A stretch of DNA of 64,000 nt from Octopus sinensis (lineage: Eukaryota). The stretch's first letter is position 1; each line of letters opens with the position of its first letter. Of this stretch, positions 34,891 to 48,672 are shown piece after piece. The stretch lies in contig NC_043016.1 of NCBI RefSeq assembly GCF_006345805.1, forward strand, positions 2,418,001-2,482,000. Reading direction: 5' to 3'. Under the pieces are notes generated by a model. That model had not been told where the DNA came from. It ran no database searches and saw nothing but the letters and a program-made list of their open reading frames with translations. A program made the translations under genes and the position numbers.

Positions 34891-36158
34891 CATTATTCTT
34901 ATTGTTGGTGGTGGTAGTGTTGTTGTTGTTGTGGTCGTCATCGTCGTTATTTTTGTTGTAAGTAAATATGTTTTGAGGTATGAGGAACTAGATCTCCAAA
35001 CTCTCCCCAGTTGTGGAAACAAACAGATTTCCAACCTCGTTCATTTGAAGAGTGGGGATTGAGTGAGATATTATGTGGAGGGCAATAGGCCCAAGTGTTA
35101 GACATATGTTAGCACCGACTACCAGAATGCCTAATGCCCTCGTGAAAAGCAAATTGAATGATACCCTCTTTCTACAAACAACGCAATCTCATCAATAACA
35201 ATGGTAAAATCGTTGCATAGCATGAAAAATAACAGTAGTAATGGCTCCGATCTAGCCTTTATCGAGTAAATCCATGATCAAAAGCATTCCAGCTTCAGCC
35301 ATTTCATTTGCTTTCTATTTTTTAAGTTTGTTTCGTTTTGCTTTTCATTTTCTAAATATCCAGGACATTTTATTCACTGCGCTCCGCCCCGTTCCGCTTC
35401 GTCCCCATTTGAGATAGTACAACGTTGTGATTTACCTGCTATTTCCAGTAAGTCAAGTGATAATGAAATGGTTTTTGAAACCGCTATGATGATGATGGTG
35501 GTGCTGGTGGTTTTGGTGGTGGTGATGTCGGTGATGGTGATATCGGTGATGGTGGCGGTGGTCTGGTGGGGAGGTGTAGTGGTAGTGGCGGCGGCGGTGG
35601 TGTCGTCTGTGACTGTTTATGTAGGGTGATAGGGGCATGATAATCATTATCACTATCATGAACATTCATGCAAATTTTGATAATGATAACGAAGATAGAG
35701 AGAGAGGGAGAGAGACAGAGAATGGGGAATGAAGGGAAAGAGACGCAGAAAGGCGACGAGAAGAGGCAAAAGGAGTAAGGGAGATATATGATGGAGGAAG
35801 AAGAAAAGTAGGGAGTAGTGAGGAAGACGAATATTATGAGAGGAGGAGGAGGAGGAGGAGGAGGAGGAGGAGGATAGAAAAAGGGAACAAAGTGGAACTG
35901 AGCAAATATCAAACTCAGATATTCAGTTGCATATATATTATATGCCTTAAGAAAATATAGACATAAGGACACACATTCACACACTCATGCACATTCATGT
36001 ACACACAGACACACGTGCGCGCACACACATACGCAAGCACGCACGCTCACAAATATACATATTTACACCCACAGAAACACTCGGAGATCAAGTATTTATA
36101 TATGTGGATATGTATGTATATGCTGGTATAAGACTGTGCTTTTCTGTATGTATGTGTA

Positions 36159-36203
<45 letters not shown>

Positions 36204-37035
36204 TATACTAATATGTGTGTGTATATATACATACACATACATATATATAATCATATATATAGACACATGTATATATTATATACATACACACACACAGACA
36301 CGCATATATATATATATACATACATACACCCATATAGACACACACAGCCGGAGAGGCAGGCAAACGTACAGAATTATATTGTCATTTATATATGTACGCA
36401 TCTTCGAATGTATATAAATATATGTATGCATATATTTATGTGCGCGCATGTGGGTGTACGAATGTTTGCGTGAATACAAACATTATTAAAAACCATATAT
36501 ATGATGTATATGTTTGGTCTACCTCGAGATATTTCGCCCAAGTTCTCTGGTCGTTGTATACTAATTAGTTATAAAATAAATAAATAAATAAAAATCAAAC
36601 TGCTCATAATATCGATTCTAGCTCTGAGTAAGACATAATATTATGTTAGTTTTGTCTTTGTATGAGTGAGTACACGCCCCCCTCTCTCTGTGTTAGTGTA
36701 CGCGTCCGAGTATGTATATCTGTACATGTGTGTGTTGTATTAATATATGTGTGCTTGTTCATATGTTATTAATCTTCGTGTGTTGCTCGTCATTTTTTGC
36801 AGTTTGTAATATGTTATTTGTTGAATCTTGCAGTCACGTGATTTATTTGTGTTTTAGGATGTCTGAGGTGTGTGAGGTGTCGCTGGTGTATAACCGTAGC
36901 TGTCGTTGACTTCCGGTTTGTTGTTTATTTAAAGATTCTCTTTGAAAACGGATGGCTTCTGTTATTTTTATAATTTTCTTTACATTTTTTATCCTATAAT
37001 TCATCTTTTGTTTCTGTTTTATTTATTTATTTATC

Positions 37036-37107
<72 letters not shown>

Positions 37108-37329
37108 CACTATGGTTGTTGTTATTTTTATTATTGCTATTTTTTAGATTATAAAATTTGATCTCCAGGATCATCATTTACTTTGGTATTTATTTATAAT
37201 TTGCTAAAGTAAGAGATGTATGGCTAGATATCAGCTGACGTCAAACAATGCCACTCTCCAACCACTTTCAAAGTCACAGACATTATTTGGGTGTGCATCA
37301 TAGAAGCTTCTTAGTGTATTGAGTTTCAA

Positions 37330-37620
37330 TTCACCGATTTGACGCCTAATGTGCTGGAAGCTATTTTGATCTCCACCCAAAATTCAGTCACTGAATCTGT
37401 GGATGTCACTGGTTTTCAATACACAATGATAAGATAGTGAAGGTGAATCGACCAGATATCATAATGAGGAAAAAATGTCGAGACATGCATATTCATCAAA
37501 AACATCAAATAGCAGAAATAGAGGACAGAATTTGAACACAGCTAAGATTAACTACCAAAAAGCATTTAAAAGTGGCCAGCACTAATGGATTCTGAAAATA
37601 TTTACCATGGGTAGAGTAGC
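37330..37620 (+). mobile_element. Old R4-type fragment
   Basis: KIVKVNRPDIIMR resembles the RLE motif TIKANRPDII; heavily decayed. Confidence 0.4.
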
Positions 37621-38539
37621 ACCAATCACAACCCAGTATGTTAAACACTGCCATATTAAATGGAAGAAAGCATATATTTACATAAAAATGATGAGAATTA
37701 CGGAAAGTCGGAATGCTGGAAATACGTACAAGCAATCTCTAACGAAAATTTGATATTCTAAAACGGTAATTTATATCTATTTCCCATTCTTCCAAGCCAA
37801 CCAGCACCAGAAACTTTAAATATGTTGCTATGACAGACTGTCTGTAGTTACAAATGTTACGGAGTGGCAGTCAACCACGTATTTTATTATTTAGGTGATT
37901 TTTCACTTACAAGTAAGAGACGACGATAACTAACCGGTCGATTGCGCGTAAATAGAGTAAGTTATTAGCTAGGATAGTGAAAATTCAAAATGTACAAGGA
38001 TATTGAAGTGAAATTGCTTTATACAATGAAGATAATAAATATACCTGATAGTAAAATAGTATTATCAAATTAAAGATTGAGTAAATAAACAATGTACAAG
38101 ATTCTTACACAAAATGAAATGCACGACAGTATATCAAGCCATTTTACGTTTAAGATAATAATGCAGAAAATGAGAATTAATAACTAGAAATAACAATTAG
38201 GTTATTAAGTCTATTAAAAACTAAATACAGATATATTATAGAACAGCAAATAGAAAACAGAAGCTTATATGATAGTTGTGAAACCAGCGGGGAAACAAAA
38301 AGATTTCTATAAGGAGAAAGAAATAGAATAGTTCAAGAAAAACGCGGCGCCACAGAGAGCTATAGGAAAGTTTTGACAAGAAACATTCCTTTATAGCTGT
38401 ACAAGTTGAACAGAACTGAAGTAGACAAATAAAAATCATAAGCCTGGCTATGTAACGCAGATCCCTAAGATAATATTCTTGAATCCTTGCTTGTGGGATA
38501 GCATCAATGCCTCTTAATCAACAACATAAAATATATAAT

Positions 38540-38790
38540 AAAGCAAAATACATTATGTAACTGTTGAGTATGTGAAGATATTTCTAACCAAGAGAGAATA
38601 TATCCACTGGCATGGCAGAGTTAGAACTTCTGTGTACAAGAATATTAATAATAAAATCTAACAGAAAAGTGTTCTTTATAACCATAAACTGTAAATTCTC
38701 CGACAATAACAAAACAAATTTCCTGGGATATGGCAATCCAGATACATACTGAGATCAAGTCTATTGTTATGAAGAACTGCCAGAAAAGAA
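38540..38790 (+). mobile_element. Old R4-type fragment (Zn knuckle/RLE region)
   Basis: LTKREYIHWHGRV and ISWDMAIQIHTEIK match the R4-type pattern LAKxEYIxRHDRV ... ILWDxxIxTDxxIKA. Confidence 0.55.
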
Positions 38791-38915
38791 AGGGCGTCCG
38801 AGTCGAAGTAACATACCTCTGTAAGAAATGGACAAATTATCTAAATATGAAGTTCCGAAAACAGAGATGAACCCGAATGTAGGTACTTATTTTGTCAACC
38901 TCCAGTAATTTCGTG

Positions 38916-39095
38916 GAAAGGAAGTAAGCCGATTAAATCGACCCCATTCCTCAACTAGTACTTATTTTTATCAATACCGAAAGGGTGAAAGGCAAAATCA
39001 ACCCCAACAGAATTTGAACTTCGAACGCAAAGGCGGACGAAATGCCGCTTAGCATTTTGCATGGCGTACGAACGATTCTGCCAGTTAGCTGCCTT
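38916..39095 (-). mobile_element. SINE family A, degraded
   Basis: Homologous to 19630-19806. Confidence 0.7.
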
Positions 39096-39869
39096 AAGTA
39101 TTATAAATATTACTCAACATTGTTTGGGGTTGTAAAATTTTCTTGTGTGCCGAATCTATTTTGCTTATTGCGGATTTTGTTTTGTTTTATGTTTTTTATG
39201 CTACTTAAGTGTTTCGTCTGTTTGTTACTCAAAGTGGGCAACGTGAGTTGTGCTATTTTGTTATAGGATGATTGTGACTCATGTATTGTGTGAATTGACT
39301 TTTACATGTTTTGGGGTGGAGTAGTATTTTTCCAAAAGGGGAGTACTTATGAATCTCTTTTTATACTATGATTAATTTTAAGTTAGCTTATAAAAAAAAG
39401 AAGCTAATTTGAGATAATACATTGGACTGATGAACAACTACGCCCATCAATCATCCACTCTTCAGCAATGATGTAAATTAGTATGCTTTGAGTGATCGTT
39501 ATTTGAGAGACAGCTCAGTTTTGTCACATGGTTTAGCAATGTCATTAAAGTGTCCTTTTAACTGAAGAAATGCTAGAAATTTATAACAAAACGTGGCACT
39601 AGTAGAGCAAATGAGTTGGAACAGCATGGATAGAGTGAAAATAACACAAGACCTGTACAATTTTACATAATATAAATATTTGGGCATAGATAAGAATAAA
39701 ACTGAAGGCTGAATATTTTTGACAGGATAGAAAACTCATGTTGACAATAAGAACAGTATCAGTGTCATCAGAACATCTGCAGTGTCATATATGACGCATA
39801 CTTCTTTGATGCTGGAATTTTGGCGTTATCTCCGTTAGCTTTATCTCATATTCAAGGATTTAGTTTCTT

Positions 39870-40460
39870 CTTTGTTGAATACTTCCTTTATGGTGATGCT
39901 GTTGATGACTCTGTAGACCAATTCTTGCATAGAAGAGTCGATGGCACTGACTGCATGGTAATGTTGGCGGAGAGCTGGTAGAAAAGTTAGCACGCCGGGC
40001 AAAATGCTTTGCGGTATTTCGTCTGCCGCTACGTTGTGAGTTCAAATTCCGCCGAGGTCGACTTTGCCTTTCATCCTTTCGGGGTCGATAAATTAAGTAC
40101 CAGTTACACACTGGGGTTGATATAATCGACTTAATCCGTTTTTCTGTCCTTGTTTGTCCCCTCTGTGTTTAGCCCCTTGTGGGTAGTAAAGAAATAGGTA
40201 ATGTTGACGAGGTGAATTTTGTGGAGCCTTTCTTTCCTGTTGTTTGATTTCTCCCTTTTCTCTTGTGGTGGCTTTCAAGCTTTTGGGTTCGATGGTGATG
40301 GAACACCGCCACTTGGAATATGTGGTTGTGGAATTTAACATGATAGAATTAGATTCCGTAAACTGTAATACTTAAAACTTATTTAAAAAATAGAAATCAT
40401 GTACCGGGCAATGGATCTGACATCGGATAACTGTACATCTCTAGAAGTGATGATAGAAAG
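39870..40460 (-). mobile_element. RTE-clade LINE 3' end, interrupted by a SINE
   Basis: SKWRCSITIEPKSLKA... followed by STLPCSQCHRLFYARIGLQSHQQH (RTE C-terminal C2H2-like finger); colinear once the SINE is removed. Confidence 0.7.
39967..40196 (+). mobile_element. tRNA-derived SINE family A, full length, Tx1-like tail, with target-site duplication
   Basis: GGTAATGTTG occurs at 39957-39966 and 40197-40206; B-box-like GAGTTCAAATTCC; tail TTTGTCCCCTCTGTGTTTAGCCCCTTGTGGGTAGTAAAGAAATA. Confidence 0.9.
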
Positions 40461-40989
40461 GAAGTTCTAAGTACTTATATGTAATGTAAGGAAGCAGTTA
40501 ACGTTGCCACTGCCTTTCCAATTTACAGAAAAGCCTGTTACATGCACTGGATAATAAGGATTTCAAAAATAGAAGATGGATAACACAATTCTCACAAGAA
40601 TTGGTTTAGACTTATAGTTGCTGGCCAAATCTAAATCGGCAGCAGTAGGTCATATTGATGGAAAAATAGTGAACAGCCATAAAGTCATGCCTTTAGATGG
40701 CAAGTGTCACTGCGAATTGAATGTACCATACATAAATGTAAATTAACTATTTCTGCCCTTGGAAGCATAGAGCTGGCTTTAGTGGGACGATACGGCGCAT
40801 TTCATCCCCACAAAATGTATTGTAAAGCGTATTTAGAACCCCTACAAATTAGATGGCAATGGTCGCATGTGTGGTGATATAGTACATCAAACTAATCAGG
40901 ATATTTCTCAATATACTGACGAAATATATTGGGTGAGTCAGTAACGCTGTTCTTCATAGGCCTAGCCACAAAATTTATACACACGCGCA

Positions 40990-41046
<57 letters not shown>

Positions 41047-41225
41047 TGAATAGTACACATTTTCAATTACATAAAATGAACCAGCATCAATTATGCCTTT
41101 GGATAAAAATACAACGTTCCGCCTAGTCCAAAATCAAACACACGAATTTATCATCACAAATTCAATACTCTAACCACTTCAGTCATTTGAATGCGTCCAT
41201 GATGGACCACCACATTGAAGGGTTT

Positions 41226-41343
41226 TAATCGATCAAATCGACCCCACGACTTTTTCTTTGTAAGCCTAGTACTTATTCTATCGTTCTCTTTGGCCGGACC
41301 GCTAACTCACGGGGAGTTATCACACCAGCATCGATTGTTGTCA
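41226..41343 (-). mobile_element. SINE family B, 3' half
   Basis: Reverse complement matches 15545-15650. Confidence 0.75.
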
Positions 41344-41371
41344 AATATATATACAAAGACAAACACACAAA

Positions 41372-41480
41372 CATAGATAGATAGATAGACATAGATAGAT
41401 AGTTAAGTAGATACCAAGATAGATAGATCGTTAAATAGATAGACAGATAGATACACAGATAGATAGATAGATAGACAGAC

Positions 41481-41548
<68 letters not shown>

Positions 41549-41557
41549 GGATAGATG

Positions 41558-41613
<56 letters not shown>

Positions 41614-41615
41614 TG
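41372..41615. repeat. (GATA)n microsatellite
   Basis: Direct reading. Confidence 0.97.
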
Positions 41616-42109
41616 GATTGGGGAATATAGACAATTAAGCAGAATTCAATTTTTTGCAAGCAGTCAAGGTCTCAGTTACTGAGGGAGAGAGGGAAATAGA
41701 GAGAGTGAAAGAGAAAGAGAAGGAGAGAAAGAAAGAGAGGGGGAGATAAAATTAAATAGTATCGAATCAGCCATTTTATCACCAATATTGATGATGTTAG
41801 CAATGGTGGTGGTGGTGGTGGTGGTGCTGCTGCTGCTGCTGCTACTGCCGCTGCTGGTGCTGATAGTGCTCGTTGTGGCGGCGCCAGCGATGTCGACGGT
41901 GCAGGTGGTGGCGATGTCAATGGTGGTCTTTGTGAATTCAAAATGATTACGATAATGACTAAAACTGCGGTGATAACCAAACGGGATGTTTGCCGACGGT
42001 AACAATATTTTTTGTAATGATGATGATCACAATGAGGATGATGATTATTATAATGATGATGATGATGATGATGACGATATTGCTGGGGGGGTGGGGTGGA
42101 TTTGCTTCT

Positions 42110-42333
42110 GGCAATATTGATTTCAAATTTTGGCACAAGGCCAGCAATTTCGGAGCAGGGAGTAAGCCGATTACATCGAGCCCAGACCTCAACTGGTAGT
42201 TATTTTATCGACCCCGAAAGGATAACATGCAATGTCGATCCCTATTGGCATTTGAAATCAGAACGTAAAATCGGAAGAAATGCCTCTAAGCAATTTTTCT
42301 GGCATGGTAACGATTCTGCCAGCTCGCGGCCTT
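42110..42333 (-). mobile_element. SINE family A with tail type 2
   Basis: Same head and core as 19579-19806, but the tail is GCTGGCCTTGTGCCAAAATTTGAAATCAATA. Confidence 0.75.
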
Positions 42334-42349
42334 CAAGCTGGCAGTACTA

Positions 42350-42530
42350 TAGGTTCGAAATTTTGCCACAAGGTCAACAATTTCAATTTCAATACTCAAC
42401 TGATTGATACGTATTTTATCGGTTCTGAAAAGATGAAAGGCAAAGTTAACCTCGGTGGAATTTGACGGACGAAATGTTATTAAGCATTCTTCCAGATGTG
42501 CTAACGATTTAACCAGTTCACCGACTTAAG
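42350..42530 (-). mobile_element. SINE family A, degraded tandem neighbour
   Basis: GAAAAGATGAAAGGCAAAGTTAACCTCGGTGGAATTTGA core and a tail-2-like end. Confidence 0.6.
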
Positions 42531-42922
42531 GTTTAAGTAACATGGACAGTGGTTGATAGTCTCTGTGGTGTTGGTGGTATTGAGTAATGCTAATGGTTGA
42601 GTAATGCTAATGGTTGAGCTGAGAGCGGTTGTGGTTGTAATACTAGTTCCGCTCGAAGTTATGTTGACAGTATTGGTGACGGTATCGTTGGTGGAAGCTG
42701 GTGGTTATGCTGATGGTATCCATGTTGTACTTTCGTTGTTGTTACTAGTGTTGGTGCTTGTTAGGTCATTATATTTTTAAACTGAATGGGTAAAAACAAT
42801 AATAGTAGGTGCGTGGCGTTGTATTAAATAACGTTCCAAAAGTTTAACAGAAACACAACAAACAGAAAATTCACATATAACACGTTGCTAATTCCTCATC
42901 AGTCACCGACCAAAAGATCTTA

Positions 42923-43393
42923 ACAATTTCGCACCTTTAACGAGGATATTGTTCACATTTGGTGACGCCAACAGCGAGATGCCACTGGGAGTATCAAACG
43001 AATGTGCTGGACAATAACGAAAACAAACATGCCAACATGTAGCCGTGTGGCTGTATGATGGATAAATACAGAGTAACGCAAAGTAAAATATCCTGTAGGA
43101 CAGGAAATGATAAAGCGAAAGATGAAAATTCGTAGCAAAAGGTGAAAAACAGAAGCCGGGTAGAAAGTGAAGGAGACGAGAGAAACGTGACCAATTGCGT
43201 TACTTTATATTTCTCCGTCTTTGAGCTGCACGGCCTTATTTTGCTTGTGTAAGATTTTTTTGGTTTTGTATATATACATTTTGCCGTGTTTGTTTTCATC
43301 AATGTCTTGCACGCTCGTTCATTATTCCCAGTGGTTTCTCGCCGTTTGCGCCACCAAAAGTCAACAATATCCTGGTTAAAAGTGCGAAATTGT
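42923..43393. mobile_element. MITE with long terminal inverted repeats and TA flanks (Tc1/mariner-type)
   Basis: TA|ACAATTTCGCACCTTTAACGAGGATATTGTTCAC... and ...GTCAACAATATCCTGGTTAAAAGTGCGAAATTGT|TA. Imperfect inverted similarity continues for about 125 nt; no ORF. Confidence 0.85.
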
Positions 43394-43404
43394 TATATTT
43401 TCAA

Positions 43405-43708
43405 TGGTTTGTTCCTTCTTGAGCCATGTCTGACTCATAAAGGGCCGGTTTCCTGGTTTCCTTGGCGTATAGGTTCCCCACCTGGACAGACGCTGGTCCG
43501 TTGCAGGTGAGCTGTAAGATGCAGGAGGAAAGAGTGAGAGAAAGTTGTGGCAAAAGAGTTAGAAGTTCGCCATTTACCTTTTGCCGGAGCCGCATGGAGC
43601 TTAGATGTTTCGCTCATAAACACACACATCGCCCGGTTTGAGATTCGAACCCGCGATCCATCGACCGTGTGTCCACTGCTCTAACCACTAGTTCGTGGGC
43701 TTCCACAT
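43405..43708 (-). mobile_element. tRNA-derived SINE (fourth family)
   Basis: Minus-strand TAGTGGTTAGAGCAG A-box and GGGTTCGAATC B-box followed by a non-tRNA body. Confidence 0.7.
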
Positions 43709-43829
43709 ATTTTCAATTACTTATCACAAGTCTAGTACTTACACTGCTGCTATGGCTACAAGCATCATCATCATTAACGTCCTCCTCTTCATCATCATCA
43801 TCATCATCATCCTCATCACCGTCGTCGTC

Positions 43830-44040
43830 GAGTTGGCAGAAACGTTCGGACGCTGCACAACATGTTTTACGTCATTTCTTCGAGGTATAAGTTCTGGAAT
43901 AAAATTCTAACGAAGTCGAATTTGTCTTTTATCTTCGGGGTCATTGAAATACGTACCAGTTATGAACTGGGACGAAAGTGATCAGTTAGTCCCGTCCCCT
44001 AAAATTTCAGGCATTGTGACTACAGCAGATAGTGTTATCA
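43830..44040 (+). mobile_element. SINE family A with tail type 3, ending in (TAA)n
   Basis: GAGTTGGCAGAAACGTT head, GTACCAGTT..CTGGGAC core, AAAATTTCAGGCATTGTGACTA tail, then (TAA)n. Confidence 0.7.
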
Positions 44041-44452
<412 letters not shown>

Positions 44453-46990
44453 TTAGGAAATAATCTCGGATAGTTCTTGATTACCGGTTGTTCTTTACTT
44501 GAAAGCAGGCATTACCAAATCACCAAATGTTTCAAGTAGTCACTCAAAGAGACAATATTCTCCTTAGAATGCGAGCTGTACCCAACAATTCTGTCTTCTG
44601 GATTACTTCCAGCCTGACATCAGCTCCAATATTCTTAATATATTTTTCAAAGACCTTGGAAACCGCTCCCAATGCTCCAATTACCACTGGTATCACCATT
44701 ACTTTCCTTATGCCCCATAACTTACCCCTCTCGTCCCACAGTGGCTGGTATTTCTCGATCTTTTCTGTTTCCTTACATTTCACCCTCGAATCGCCTGGTA
44801 TTGCAACATCTATCATCTTTGCTTCTTATAAATCTTTATGGATGATCACGATATCTGGGCGTCTCGCCTCTATGACTTGGTCGCACTGTATGTCAAAATC
44901 CCAGAATATTTTGTAATGTTCATTTTCGATAACCCCACCTGGCTTGTGCTCGTACCATTATTCGGCTCTCTCGAGGTTTGCTTTATCGCACAACGGCCAG
45001 TGGATAAATCTGGCCACATTGTCGTGTCTCCCTTTGTATTCGCTAACAATATGGCTTATACTTTCTCCCTTCTCAGAGCACATCCTACACTGTGGCGAGT
45101 CAGTGCTTTCATCAATGTGATATTTGGATTAGTTTGTTCTGAGAGCTTGTTCTTTAACGCTGCACACTAATGCCTCAGTAGACCCCTTTAAGTCTCCTTT
45201 CTGCAGTCATTGCCAGGTTCTATTCCAATCAATCTCATCTTTATTCTCCAAGAACTGACTGCGCATTTTATTGACCTGCCAAATTTCCTTCATCTGCTCT
45301 CTCTCTCGTTGGATCTACAGCATCGTTCACTTTTAAGGTTTCCTGCATTTTCACTGCTTCAATCATTTCTTCCTTACTCCCCTTGACATACCAAGCCAAG
45401 CTATTTTCTTCTTCCTTTATACAACCCTCACAACACATCAATCCCCGCCCTCCTTGCTTCTTTTTTACATACAATCTTGACACATCACAATTGGTGTGCA
45501 GTTCCTTGTTCATTGTCATTCATTTACATGTTCCCCGGTCTGTCTCTTGTAATTCATTCTTCTTCCAAGATACTATTCTAACCCCATATTTCATCAAAGC
45601 AACCGCCTACGTGTTAATGGCTCTAATCTTATAGTGGACATTTAGCTTCGGTTGGAGCACAAGCCGAGTTCTCCTCAAATACTCTTTCTAGTATATTTCT
45701 TTCATCTTGTGTTCATTCATCTTATCTCTTTCAATGATACCCAGGTACTTATATCCTTCCTCTTCGACTTCTTTTATAGTTTCACCACTTTCCAGCTTAA
45801 TCCCATGGCATTTACTGATTTTCTCCCTTTTGAGAATCATTGCACCACATTTCTCCATCCCAAATTCCATGCCAATACCTTTGCTAATCATCTGCACAGT
45901 TGCTGTCAAACTCTCAATTTTTTCCTCAGTCTTAGGAAATAGCTTTAGGTCATCCATAAACCACAAGTTGTTTACTTTCACCCTACCTAGCATGTTCCCC
46001 ACACGCATCTTTCTTAAAACGCTCGTTAGTGGCTGTATGCCGAGAACAAATAGGAGAGAACACAGAGTGTCCCCTTGAAATATTCCTCTTTTGATATTTA
46101 CCTCTCCCCATGCTGTGAGTTCAGTTCGCTACGTTGCCATTGAGTTTTGTATTAACTTCAGCATATTGTGTGAGATCTTAAGCAGTTTAAGGCATTCAAT
46201 ATGGGGACTATGTCATATGCTTTCCCGTAGTCCACCCTTGCCATCGCCAAATTTTGCGTCTCTATCAGCCAGGATAGTCTTATCGATTAGTAATTGATCC
46301 TTCGTTCCTCTGCTCTTACGTCTAAACCCCCTTTGGTCCACTGGTTGTAGCTCGTTTTCATCTAGGTAGTTATAGATACTGTTCAATATGGTGTCCATCA
46401 TCAGTTCACACATCAGTGGCAAACAAGATATTGGTCGGATTTTTCCAACCGCATTCACTTTATTTGGGTCCTTCTGCTATAGTACCGTTCTTCCTTTTGT
46501 CATTCAGGCCGGTACTCAGTATTTCGTCCAGATGTCTTGTAATTCTCCTGTGTAGGGCTGCCAAGATTTTAAGCCAAAAGCCCTGAACCCCATCTGGTCC
46601 AGGCGCTTTCCAGTTAGGATCTCTAACTATCTCCTCAGTTATTCTCAATTCCTCCTGCTGATAATATCCACTCTCCTCATTGAGTGCCTTTAACCATTCT
46701 GCCGGAGTTTCGTGTTGTTTCTCCTCATACCATATGTTTGACCAGAATCTTTTACTTTCCTCAACATCCGCACGGTTTTTTCACATTTTTCCTGCTCATC
46801 CAGTTTCTAATAGATTCGTTTCTAACTGTGCTCGAAAAGTCTGCTAAATCTGTACTGTTCAATATAGTTCATATGCTTTAGCTTTCAACCTCTCTTTTAA
46901 TTCCCTAATCACATTTATTCTTTTTATCTTCACCAAATACTTTCATTCCACCTCAACATACTTCACTCGCTATATTTCATTTCGCTTTTT
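44453..46990 (-). mobile_element. R4/Dong-clade non-LTR retrotransposon (RT + Zn knuckle + RLE), 5'-truncated, decayed
   Basis: NWKAPGPDGVQGFWLK, RPISCLP, QRGFRRKSRGTKDQLLID, RGIFQGDTL, FMDDLKLF, YKYLG, LYVKKKQGGRGL, CRMCSEKGESISH, RRPDIV..IDVAIP..KETEKIEKY, LLGTARILRRILSL*. 3' end abuts (TAA)n. Confidence 0.92.
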
Positions 46991-47028
46991 CCGTTCCAGA
47001 ATATTATGATTATTATTATCATCATCAT

Positions 47029-47059
<31 letters not shown>

Positions 47060-47072
47060 CTTCTTCTTCTTC

Positions 47073-47745
<673 letters not shown>

Positions 47746-47764
47746 TATTATTATTATTATTATT

Positions 47765-47845
47765 CAGTAGTTTTATTTTTTATAGCGTGCTTTCACTTCA
47801 CTACCGAGCGCAGCTCTGTGTGCCTTGGGTATGTGCTGTGATTTG

Positions 47846-47848
<3 letters not shown>
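47765..47848 (-). mobile_element. R4/Dong-type 3' UTR only
   Basis: Near-identical to 30281-30365; (TTA)n on both sides. Confidence 0.8.
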
Positions 47849-47890
<42 letters not shown>

Positions 47891-47912
47891 TATTATTATT
47901 ATTATTATTATT

Positions 47913-48466
47913 GAGTGAGAGAACAGTGCATGCCATAAAAGTGACACTGGGGTAAAATATACGAAGCCCAATATACCCATTATGACTACCCGTCTGATAA
48001 GGGTACACCAGGCACATGCATCACAACCATATGGGCGCGACATGGTGATCTCATATCAAGATAAACAGCGCATGACCTTGCATGTGGGGCCCAGTTAGAA
48101 TTTTCTTTAGGTTGAGTAACCCATCCCGCTCAAAAGGTCCCTGAATAAGGGTTGTTTAAGGATGTTGAAAGAACCACCCATGTTTTCAGAGGTGAATTAT
48201 TCAAACCCCAAAGAATCCCTTTCAACACATGGCTATGATGCTCCCCCACTACTTCTGCTCGTGATCAGAGATGCACATATCGTCAGCCACTAAGGGACAT
48301 GCTCAACTGGTTAAGGTCAAACAACTGACAAGCAAATCTGTGGTATTGAGCAGAATATTTGCTGTAGCCCATCTTTTATACCAAGACTAAACAATGTACA
48401 TGATAACACTTCCAATCAGTTAAGATCAGAAGCCATGAGAGCCACTGCCTGGTACTGCATCAGGGC

Positions 48467-48467
<1 letters not shown>
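47913..48467 (-). mobile_element. ~550-bp (TAA)n-associated element, copy 5 (full length)
   Basis: Homologous to the other copies; (TTA)n on both sides. Confidence 0.9.
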
Positions 48468-48538
<71 letters not shown>

Positions 48539-48551
48539 CATCATCATCATT

Positions 48552-48619
<68 letters not shown>

Positions 48620-48641
48620 AATCATCATCATCATCATCATG

Positions 48642-48667
<26 letters not shown>

Positions 48668-48672
<5 letters not shown>

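Noticed and set aside
48160-48300. CTGACGA … GAAAC in the ~550-bp element as a hammerhead ribozyme
   Set aside because: Helix II cannot close next to the core (U·G rather than purine-pyrimidine), and the putative helix III/cleavage site varies between copies. I also could not build an HDV-like pseudoknot at the 5' end by eye.
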